A stretch of DNA of 44,459 nt from IMG/VR virus record IMGVR_UViG_3300024254_000014, positions 1 through 44,459 of that record, one strand, 5' to 3'. The notes beneath the pieces are model-generated. The model did not search any database, was not told the origin of the DNA, and saw nothing but the letters and a program-made list of their open reading frames with translations. This document shows positions 1 to 7,810 of the stretch, piece after piece. The number at the start of each line of letters is the position of its first letter. The stretch's first letter is position 1. Origin of the DNA: a virus. Lineage: Duplodnaviria > Caudoviricetes. Both the position numbers and the translations under genes were made by a program.

Positions 1-183
1 CTTGTCGGGCAGCGGTTCATTGCCAATCGGGGCAAGGGGGATGGCAAGGCAGCTCGCCGGGTGGAGCGTGAGCGCGTTCGCCCTGCAAGCGGGCGTGGCG
101 ATGTGGCGCAGGAGCGCCGGTCGGCTCGCGGCAATGGTACAACGGCAGATTTCGAGCGCCGTCATGGAGACATGCAAATCTGA
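1..183 (+). CDS. 3' fragment of the scaffold gene (duplicate of the end of 43583-44356)
   Basis: Same sequence as scaffold C-terminus ...FERRHGDMQI*, TGA at 181-183. Confidence 0.85.
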   Translation, partial: LVGQRFIANRGKGDGKAARRVERERVRPASGRGDVAQERRSARGNGTTADFERRHGDMQI

Positions 184-223
184 AGCGGTGACCGTTCACC
201 GCTTTAACTTCGGAGAGCGGTGA
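183..223 (+). promoter_or_regulatory. Alternative hairpins over the capsid translation start
   Basis: TCACCGCT (196-203) is complementary to AGCGGTGA at both 184-191 and 216-223; SD GGAG at 212-215, ATG at 223. Confidence 0.55.
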
Positions 224-1563
224 TGCCAACCAATGTTGCTTCTCAATTTTCTGGCGACATAAGCCAGTACATTGCAGACAAGACGCTTCCCCTCGTGCGC
301 CGGCAACTGGTTGTTTACCAGTTCGGTGATCCTGCGACCCTCCCCAAAGGCAGTGGGACGACTTACACGGCGAGTCGTTACCCGCGCGTTCCGCTGCCGT
401 TCGCTCCGCTCTCGGAAGGCGTGCCTCCGATTGGGCAATCGATGACGCTGCAGCAAGTCAGCGCGCAAGCCCAGCAATGGGGCGACAAGATCACTATTAC
501 TGACGTAGCGGAAATGACGATCAAGCATCCGCTGTTCAAAAAGGCGACCGAGCTGATTGGATTACAGACCGCCGAGACGATGGAACGCAATACGTTCGTC
601 AATCTTCTCGCGGGAAGCCAAATTAATTACGTCAACACTCGTGGCGCTCGTGCGTCTCTCGTTGCCGGTGATGTTCTCAATCCCCACGAAATCAATCGTG
701 CTTCGGCGATGTTGATAAATCTCGGCGCGCCCCGGTTCATGGGCGACGAGATGACCGACATGAAGCTGCAGGCGGACGCAGGCGGCGCCAAGGCATCGAG
801 CAACCCACGCAAGATGCCGCATTACGTGGCGGTGGCGCATCCCTTCCCGCTTGGCGATCTCTCTGAGAACCAGACGATTGTGACGGCCTGGAGTTACAGC
901 GATCTCAACCGCTTGTACAACTACGAGGTTGGCGAGTGGCGAGGCATTCGGTTCTGTCAGACCAACATGGTTCCGACGTTTACCGGAGTTGCGCAAGTCA
1001 ACCCGGTTGCGGTTGCCGGCGGTACGTTGGCGGCGACGAACTACTTCGTCATCGTCACTGGATCGGATACGCAGAATCAGTACGAGTCGCGTATCTATCA
1101 AGTGTCCGCTTCTACGGCAGTAGGGGCCAACGGCGCGCTTCAGGTGACGATGCCTTCAACGGCAGGATTCACCTACAGCGTCTATGTTGGTACCACTAAT
1201 ACGCCGTTCAATCTCGGGCTTAGTGCTTCGGGTCCCACTTCTGGCCCTCTCGCGGGGCAGGCCACGCAGCTCGCGCCGGGCGCCGTGGTGACGGTGACGG
1301 GCATTGGCCTTGCGCAGACCCCGCCGGCGGCACCGGCTACGGGCGTGACGGTTTACCCGACGTTCATCTTCGGGCGCGGTGCTTATACGCAAGTTGTCCT
1401 CGACAATATGAAGATGACTTACCTGAAAGAGCCGGATAAGTCCGATCCGCTGAACCAGTTGCGAGTTGTTGGTTGGAAGGTGTTCTACGGAACATTGATA
1501 AGTAATCAGCAGTTCTTTATGCGTATCGAATCAACCTCTGCGTTTAGTGCTACCTTCGGGTAA
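223..1563 (+). CDS. Major capsid protein, N4-gp56-like (HK97 fold), with an inserted beta-rich domain
   Basis: Motifs LPKGSGTT..RY, LSEGVPP, QQWGD..TITD, EVGEWRGIRF, DKSDPLNQ..VGWK; follows scaffold; SD GGAG. Confidence 0.9.
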   Translation: MPTNVASQFSGDISQYIADKTLPLVRRQLVVYQFGDPATLPKGSGTTYTASRYPRVPLPFAPLSEGVPPIGQSMTLQQVSAQAQQWGDKITITDVAEMTIKHPLFKKATELIGLQTAETMERNTFVNLLAGSQINYVNTRGARASLVAGDVLNPHEINRASAMLINLGAPRFMGDEMTDMKLQADAGGAKASSNPRKMPHYVAVAHPFPLGDLSENQTIVTAWSYSDLNRLYNYEVGEWRGIRFCQTNMVPTFTGVAQVNPVAVAGGTLAATNYFVIVTGSDTQNQYESRIYQVSASTAVGANGALQVTMPSTAGFTYSVYVGTTNTPFNLGLSASGPTSGPLAGQATQLAPGAVVTVTGIGLAQTPPAAPATGVTVYPTFIFGRGAYTQVVLDNMKMTYLKEPDKSDPLNQLRVVGWKVFYGTLISNQQFFMRIESTSAFSATFG

Positions 1564-2059
1564 GGTAGTTTTCCACTGTAGGAAGCAAGTTGTGGCGTTG
1601 GAAAAACTCATAGAATCCGAGGCCGCTGTTGCAAGAGTGGCACAGCAAGCCTCGGATTTTGCCAGTGTCGTGGCAATGATCTACATGGAGTTTTTTGCCG
1701 CGGCCATTGGGTTTGCTTGTGCCGCATATCGCGCAGCATTCATTTTGTGTTGCTACCATAGCAAGGTACTGTTCTGTGGTAATTCCGTGGTTGTCTTGCA
1801 CGCTGCTGTGCGGGTCAGCCGCACGGCGACGGCGTTGCCAATCACGAGATATTTTTTTCCTTTTTTCAGGGTTGTTTTTTTGCCAGCGAGCTACCTGCGC
1901 TACATGTTTTTCGGGGTTCTTTTTGCGCCACGCAGTGAGTGTGGCGTAGGTGCACCCTTTACATTGATAGCCTTTCCCCGAAGCAGATCGTTTGTTCTTG
2001 TAAAACTCTGTGAGGGGCTTAGTTTCTTTACACGAATAGCAGCGTTGTTCTGTAATCAA
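1550..2059 (-). CDS. Endonuclease VII-type HNH (homing-like) endonuclease with N-terminal Zn finger
   Basis: CAIC...LHVDHCHDTGKIRGLLCHSCNSGLG; N-terminal CYSC...CKGC; TTG start with GGAG SD. Confidence 0.88.
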   Translation of the reverse strand: MITEQRCYSCKETKPLTEFYKNKRSASGKGYQCKGCTYATLTAWRKKNPEKHVAQVARWQKNNPEKRKKISRDWQRRRRAADPHSSVQDNHGITTEQYLAMVATQNECCAICGTSKPNGRGKKLHVDHCHDTGKIRGLLCHSCNSGLGFYEFFQRHNLLPTVENYLTRR

Positions 2060-2103
2060 GGTAGGCTCCTTTGTGTGTCCTATCGTAGCGCAGGAGATTG
2101 GAT

Positions 2104-2382
2104 ATGAGTTACCGCCTGACCTATCAATGTAATATCGACTGGATTGGAGATGGTCAAGGCCCTATGAGCGGTAATACGGCCGCTTCCGTGGGGATGGCCG
2201 CGGCTGGGGGTTCGCAGCGTAAGACGTTTTTCAACGCCACTCCGGTCGGCCAGATGACGAAGACGTTTTTGGCAGCCGACGTGACCACGTTGACGAACGC
2301 CATGGCTGCGGATATCGCCGCGCAGATGAACGTTCCGGCCAATCTCGCGCAAATTCAGAACTTCTCTACGGGGACGGGCTGA
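2104..2382 (+). CDS. Small putative virion/head protein
   Basis: SD AGGAG before ATG; TGATG coupling to next gene; position after capsid. Confidence 0.65.
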   Translation: MSYRLTYQCNIDWIGDGQGPMSGNTAASVGMAAAGGSQRKTFFNATPVGQMTKTFLAADVTTLTNAMAADIAAQMNVPANLAQIQNFSTGTG

Positions 2383-2678
2383 TGGCTACAAGCACGCTTG
2401 GGACGACAGCGAACAACTCGCTTACGTCCCTCATTTTCGGTGGTGCGATGAACACCACCGATCTTGCGACGATCGCGCAAGGAATCAAAAATGATCTCGT
2501 CAACGGCAACCCGGTTTGGCCTGGGGCGTACGCGCAAAACGGCCTTCTCTACGTACCTAACCGGGGTGTGCTTCGGGTGCTTCCTGGGGACTACGTAGGG
2601 ATCGATGCGCAAGGCTGGCCGATCCTTTTATCGGCCAATACGATCGCTGCAGCAGGAGCCCCTTGGGTACACACATGA
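2382..2678 (+). CDS. Small putative virion protein
   Basis: 98-aa ORF translationally coupled on both sides in the structural operon. Confidence 0.65.
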   Translation: MATSTLGTTANNSLTSLIFGGAMNTTDLATIAQGIKNDLVNGNPVWPGAYAQNGLLYVPNRGVLRVLPGDYVGIDAQGWPILLSANTIAAAGAPWVHT

Positions 2679-3124
2679 GCCGAAAAGAAACTCCGATCGA
2701 TCGCACGAAGCTTCCTCTCAATCTGCAGATTCTCACTGACGAGGAGCTGCAGGAGCTTCGGCAGGAAGCCCGCAAGACAGTCGTTGCTGAGCTGTCCAAG
2801 CAGGCGCGCGACGAGTATTTTGCCAAGGCACTGGCAGAAGCGCGACAGGCGAGCATCGCCGAGGAAGAACTGATCCACGTCCAGATTGACGTGGCGCCGT
2901 GGTGTCCGGGGGCGACGATCGACGGCATCCAGTATTTTCACGGTTACACGTACCCCGTGAAAAAGTCCGTTGCATGCGTTCTGTTCGAACAGATGTGGCG
3001 GACGTGGGAGCATCAAGACGAGCTAGACGGTCGCGGCAGGAGTGAGGCGTACCGCCGGCCACGCAATCTTTCGATTGGGCCGCGGCACCTGGGGGTGTCA
3101 AATACGGCTTTGTTAGGAGTTTGA
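2675..3124 (+). CDS. Hypothetical protein (head/neck region)
   Basis: ATGA overlap with upstream gene; helical N-half, beta C-half. Confidence 0.65.
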   Translation: MSRKETPIDRTKLPLNLQILTDEELQELRQEARKTVVAELSKQARDEYFAKALAEARQASIAEEELIHVQIDVAPWCPGATIDGIQYFHGYTYPVKKSVACVLFEQMWRTWEHQDELDGRGRSEAYRRPRNLSIGPRHLGVSNTALLGV

Positions 3125-3125
3125 T

Positions 3126-3300
3126 CTTCGTAGTGACTTTGATCCGTGTGCCCGAACGTTTGTTTCCCACAGATAAACGCTAAACACACGGGGAGTCGGG
3201 TGGAGCGAGCCTTTCGGTTACTACGGCGAGCCGTCCAAATGCCGAACGGGACGTAAAAGGCCGCAGCAGTGGGACCGGGAGTCTAAACCGGACTACGAAG
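3126..3300 (+). ncRNA. Candidate structured RNA, family unknown
   Basis: Fills a 200-bp intergenic gap; closed by 9-bp CTTCGTAGT/ACTACGAAG; several internal stems and a 6-bp pseudoknot. Confidence 0.6.
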
Positions 3301-3323
3301 GCAGAAAACAGAAAGGATGAAAA

Positions 3324-3788
3324 GTGGAAACCCCGCACACGAAGACGCCAGACGAGTTGGCGGTTGCGATTACTGTGTCAACTCAGATACCTCCGAACCG
3401 CAATATCGTTCTGCAGACGTACCTTGGACAGGAGCAGCCCGAACAGTCCTTTCACCACCTTATGGATAAGCTTGGGAGGGTGGTTGATCGGCAGGATGCT
3501 TTTTACAAGAAGAAAGATTTGGTTCTCGGTCTCGCGCACGAGAAGAAACTTCTCGCACAGCTCACTGAGGACTACAATCGGATCGAGGGCCGTTCGCAGG
3601 TTGCGTGGGAGGCCAAGGGAAAGAAGGGCCCGCATAAGCTTAGCCCTCAGGAGGAGCAACAGAAAGGGACTGCAGAAGTCAACATGAAGCGGTACAAAGA
3701 GAGCATCGCCAAGTTCGAGAACGAGATCGCGGAGTACGAGGAACTTCTGAATGCCCCTGCAAGCGCAGCAAATATGCAGTCTGGCTAG
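3324..3788 (+). CDS. Hypothetical coiled-coil protein
   Basis: GTG start after AAAGGA; charged helical C-half. Confidence 0.65.
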   Translation: METPHTKTPDELAVAITVSTQIPPNRNIVLQTYLGQEQPEQSFHHLMDKLGRVVDRQDAFYKKKDLVLGLAHEKKLLAQLTEDYNRIEGRSQVAWEAKGKKGPHKLSPQEEQQKGTAEVNMKRYKESIAKFENEIAEYEELLNAPASAANMQSG

Positions 3789-4464
3789 GCAGGAGGCGAA
3801 GTGCCCCGGCTTCACGGCGCAGTCTGGCCAGTATCTCAATTCATGCCTTCAGGACTTGTGCATGAATTGGGACCTGGATGCTGCCATGGGCACACAACTT
3901 TACACGACTAATACGATTAACAATCTTCCGTCTGATTATCTACGTACTCGCGTTGTTGATGGTAAGGATGACATATTCTATACTATCAACGGAGTGCCCT
4001 ACCCTTTAATTCAGATCACCCTGGCCGAATATGACTGGCTCGTGCAGACGCCGGGGTTCCAATCTTACCCACAATTTTATGCAACGAACTTGTCGGTTTC
4101 ACCGGCTCAAATTCTGCTGTGGCCCCCACCTTCGGGGCAGTACCCAGTGACGCATCGTTATCAGAAACAGATGTCGGACATTGTGACGCCTGAAACTTCT
4201 GCATCGGTCCCATGGTTCCTAAATACGCAGATTTTGATTCGATGGACGGCTGGGCTACTCATGGGGCTGACTGGGGACCAGCGACAGGCTGAGTACATGG
4301 GGGATGACGAGGAGCGCTACCCGCTCGGGGCGCTGTCTCTCTTGAAAAAGTATCTGCGCAACGTCAGCGATCGTGAGGGGGCTGTAAAGACGGTCGGGCT
4401 TGATCGTCGCCGTTTCGGCCGAAATTTTGATCGTTTGAAAAATACCAAGAACATCGGGTGGTAG
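3751..4464 (+). CDS. Head-tail adaptor (T7 gp11 / P22 gp4-like)
   Basis: 237 aa; LPSDYLR, PQFYA, ILLWPPPSGQYPVTHRY motifs typical of podophage adaptors; position before nozzle. Confidence 0.75.
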   Translation: MPLQAQQICSLARQEAKCPGFTAQSGQYLNSCLQDLCMNWDLDAAMGTQLYTTNTINNLPSDYLRTRVVDGKDDIFYTINGVPYPLIQITLAEYDWLVQTPGFQSYPQFYATNLSVSPAQILLWPPPSGQYPVTHRYQKQMSDIVTPETSASVPWFLNTQILIRWTAGLLMGLTGDQRQAEYMGDDEERYPLGALSLLKKYLRNVSDREGAVKTVGLDRRRFGRNFDRLKNTKNIGW

Positions 4465-4466
4465 AA

Positions 4467-6155
4467 ATGTCCACCCTCCCCGGCACACCGTTGGTTTGGG
4501 CGCCGAGAACGGCAGCGGACACGTTGGATGCGTCCAGCAACGGTTCTGGAACCATGTCTAACCTCGCCAATCTCATTCCTGATCCTACCACCCGAAATTT
4601 ATGGCAGTGCCGTCCGGCCGCTGTCAAGATCACTGACCTTTCTGCGAATGGGTTTGCAGGGGCCACTTTCATATCTTGCTGGATGAATGTTGGCACTCGT
4701 GTCTATGGTATGGTTTCTACCACACGTAATGCAGGACGGGACGAACCTTTCTGTTATGACGTGCTGACGCAGATGTTCATTCCGATTGCCGGGGTGACGG
4801 CGGCGAACTCGCCGATTAGTCCTGCCACGTTCGGCAACTGGAACCCTCCTCATATGGAGTTGATCGGCTCCAAGATCATCGTTGCGCACCCAGGTTTTAC
4901 AGGGGCGGCGGGCGCATTCTTTGGCGTCATTGACGTTCTCAATCCCTTTGCCTTGACGTGGACCGCGACTAACACGGCGCCGACTGCCCTCGTGTTTCCT
5001 CCCCAGTGGGTAAGCAACTTCAATGGGCGGTGCTGGTTTCTGGTCAACCCACCCAACCAGCAACCTGCTGCGTATTTTTCAGACGAGCTGCTTCCGACGC
5101 AGATAACGAATGCAAACCAGATTTTGACTTTTGATGACAACAACCCTTTGACGTGTTCTGCTGGGCTTGCTTTAAGCAATCAGCTCGGGGGTATTATCCA
5201 GGCGTTGATGGTTTTCAAGAGTGTCGACAACATATATCAGATTACTGGGGACGCTGCTTTTGGTACGTTAGCTAAGAATACTTTGAATGTTGCAACTGGC
5301 ACGTTTGCTCCTAATACGGTTTGCTCTACCGAGAAAGGGCTTCTTTTTATGGCCCCGGATGGAGTGCGCTTGATCGATTTCAATGCGAAAGTAAGCGACC
5401 CCATAGGCAAGGATGGGGATGGGGTCACGGTGCCGTTCATTTCCATCCTTGTCCCTTCTCGCGCGGCTGCGTCCTACAATAGCGGTGTGTACCGTGTGCA
5501 AGTGCAGAATGGCGAAGCCCAGGCGATCGGGTCCGGGTTTTCGTCTGGATTTTCTTCCGGGTTCGGTGGCGGCGGTCCTGTTCAGCAGCAGGAATGGTGG
5601 TACGACGACGTGCGCTCTCTCTGGTCGGGGCCGCACACAACGAAGATGTCTATTGGACTTGAATACCAGAATACGTTCTTGATAACGATTCAGAACGCTG
5701 GAGCGGTGATTTTTCAGAGCGATCCGTTCCAGTCATTCACGAGTACGTTTGTTGAGAATGGTGTTCCTCTTACCTATGCTTGGCAAACCTCGTATCTTCC
5801 TGATACGGATCAGATGGCGGAAGTGTGCATGGTTCAAAGCACGCTTCACATGGTGTTGGTGTCAGGACAGTCAACGATCGTTACGGCGCTTAACCAGGAC
5901 GGTGTTCCCTTGGATCAGGTCACGATAGCGTCTTCAGGTGTGCCTACTAACTGGAATCAGTTCAACTGGAATAATGCCAATTGGAACGGGACGACGCTGG
6001 GGAATGCGCTCTATCCACGACAGATGGATTGGACGGGGCCTCTTGTCTTCAGGCGGCTGTCCCTTCTTGCGGCGGGGTTGTCGGCGCAAGGGTTGAAGAT
6101 CGGCCGTCTTCACATGCGGTACCAAGTGCTTAACTATCTGCAGCAGACGGGTTGA
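4467..6155 (+). CDS. Tail nozzle / stabilisation protein (T7 gp12 / P22 gp10-like)
   Basis: ~562 aa beta-rich; NLIPDP near N-terminus, W-repeat NWNQFNWNNANW near C-terminus; follows adaptor. Confidence 0.75.
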   Translation: MSTLPGTPLVWAPRTAADTLDASSNGSGTMSNLANLIPDPTTRNLWQCRPAAVKITDLSANGFAGATFISCWMNVGTRVYGMVSTTRNAGRDEPFCYDVLTQMFIPIAGVTAANSPISPATFGNWNPPHMELIGSKIIVAHPGFTGAAGAFFGVIDVLNPFALTWTATNTAPTALVFPPQWVSNFNGRCWFLVNPPNQQPAAYFSDELLPTQITNANQILTFDDNNPLTCSAGLALSNQLGGIIQALMVFKSVDNIYQITGDAAFGTLAKNTLNVATGTFAPNTVCSTEKGLLFMAPDGVRLIDFNAKVSDPIGKDGDGVTVPFISILVPSRAAASYNSGVYRVQVQNGEAQAIGSGFSSGFSSGFGGGGPVQQQEWWYDDVRSLWSGPHTTKMSIGLEYQNTFLITIQNAGAVIFQSDPFQSFTSTFVENGVPLTYAWQTSYLPDTDQMAEVCMVQSTLHMVLVSGQSTIVTALNQDGVPLDQVTIASSGVPTNWNQFNWNNANWNGTTLGNALYPRQMDWTGPLVFRRLSLLAAGLSAQGLKIGRLHMRYQVLNYLQQTG

Positions 6156-6157
6156 AG

Positions 6158-7768
6158 ATGAAAAGGTTTCTTTTAGGGTTCTTTCTTTCGTTGTGGGCTT
6201 CGCTGGCGTCGGCCGGCGTTAATTGCACGATGCCTTTCACGTTCGTTCCTGGCACGTTGGCGGACGCTAATCAGGTCAATGCCAACTTTGCTGCCGCTGT
6301 CGCTTGCTTCCTCAACGCAGCCGGGGCGGGGAACAACAATGATATTACGGCGCTCCTTGCACTGACGACGCCACTCAGCACGGCGCAGGGTGGATCGTCC
6401 ATCTATATCGGTGGCACGTCCACGGGGTCGGCTAATGCTCAGGTGATCGCGTCGCCTTCCCCCACTGGGTTTGCTTTGACGCGGGGTCTCAGCATTCTGT
6501 TCACGGCAGGGTTCACGAACACGGGGGCGACGCAGATCAATGTCAATGGGACGGGGCTGGTTAACCTATTTCGGCAATCTCCCAGTGGCCCGCAAGCTCT
6601 CACTGGGGGTGAAGTCGTTGCTAACGATTTGACTTGGGCGATTTACGACGGAGTGCAGTTCCAACTGGTTAACAGTGGCGCACAGTACGGGGGCTTTGGC
6701 CCCCTCACGTCGCTTTCATCTGCGGCTCCTGATCTTGGGACGATTGCAAGTCACAATGTAACGTTCACCGGCAACACAGCTATCACATCGTTCGGGTCCA
6801 CTGCAAGCACGACGTACCCGTTTTATCGGCTAAATTTCTCGACTGTGTTGACGTTGACGTATAATGGGACGAGCTTGATCCTTCCTAGCGCCTCAAACAT
6901 TACGACGGCTTCGGGGGACACTGCGGCTGCCATGTACCTCGGGGCGGGGAACTGGCAGGTCATCGCCTATAACCGGGCTAATGGAACGTCGGTTGTCAGT
7001 CCTACGCCTTTGTGCGGCTTCAGTGGTTTGTCGGTCAGTGCGGTTTCTGACACGCAAATAAACTGGTCTTTCAACAATTCCAACCTCTTGACCACAGGTA
7101 ATGTCCCTCTTTATTCCGGGGCCAAGAGTGGATCGATAACCGTAACCACGGGGACGGGAGGGACCAGCACGGCAGGAGGGATGGACGGAACGGCGCCTAG
7201 CAACAACGCTTTTATTTATATGTACGCCATAACTAATGGGTCTGTTTGGAATGCTGTTGGTAGCAACACTGTTCCATCTTCTTTTACCAATTTTCCTGCG
7301 GGGTACACGTATTCCTGCTACATGGGCGCCATGAAGGCCCTGAATTCTACGCATGTGTACGGGACAAAAATCGCGGGTAATGAAGCCCGCTACGTTGTCG
7401 GCGGTGGGAGCTTGGCAACGACTCTTCCTACGATAGACAGTGGAACGCCTAAAGGCTCCAACTGCTCTAGTGGAGCTACTACTTATGCTACTGAAACCGT
7501 GCGTGGTGATTCTGGTGCTGGGATTTGGATGCCTTCCACTTCGACAGTGGGAGTTTTTGTTGTCAGCACTATAAGCGGAGTCAGCGCATTGGCCCCGAAT
7601 TCAACCCCTACCGCAGGAAACGGGGGGGTGCCTGTCATTACGGCTGCTGCGTCCAACGCAACGGGAACGCTGTTGATGGAGAGCAATAACGTGTTCTATT
7701 GCAATGTGGGATCGGCGTCAGCAGGGCTTTTCCAGTACGGCTGGAAAGATGCTGTCAACGCCAACTGA
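6158..7768 (+). CDS. Tail fibre-like protein with N-terminal signal peptide
   Basis: MKRFLLGFFLSLWASLASA, then fibre anchor motif PFTFVPGTLADANQVNANF; G/S/T-rich fibre segments; 6 Cys. Confidence 0.75.
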   Translation: MKRFLLGFFLSLWASLASAGVNCTMPFTFVPGTLADANQVNANFAAAVACFLNAAGAGNNNDITALLALTTPLSTAQGGSSIYIGGTSTGSANAQVIASPSPTGFALTRGLSILFTAGFTNTGATQINVNGTGLVNLFRQSPSGPQALTGGEVVANDLTWAIYDGVQFQLVNSGAQYGGFGPLTSLSSAAPDLGTIASHNVTFTGNTAITSFGSTASTTYPFYRLNFSTVLTLTYNGTSLILPSASNITTASGDTAAAMYLGAGNWQVIAYNRANGTSVVSPTPLCGFSGLSVSAVSDTQINWSFNNSNLLTTGNVPLYSGAKSGSITVTTGTGGTSTAGGMDGTAPSNNAFIYMYAITNGSVWNAVGSNTVPSSFTNFPAGYTYSCYMGAMKALNSTHVYGTKIAGNEARYVVGGGSLATTLPTIDSGTPKGSNCSSGATTYATETVRGDSGAGIWMPSTSTVGVFVVSTISGVSALAPNSTPTAGNGGVPVITAAASNATGTLLMESNNVFYCNVGSASAGLFQYGWKDAVNAN

Positions 7769-7810
7769 TCTGTGCTAAGAGGTTCGAACCACTGAAGAAA
7801 GGTCAAAGCC

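Larger units (their letters stand above)
1..286. repeat. Terminal overlap, copy 1 (matches 44174-44459 with 8 substitutions)
   Basis: Direct comparison; differences at 121, 124, 147, 162, 192, 193, 258, 270. Confidence 0.97.

Noticed and set aside
1547-2107. 186-aa plus-strand ORF after the capsid gene
   Set aside because: Antisense shadow of the motif-bearing Endo VII gene, with no SD or recognisable motifs
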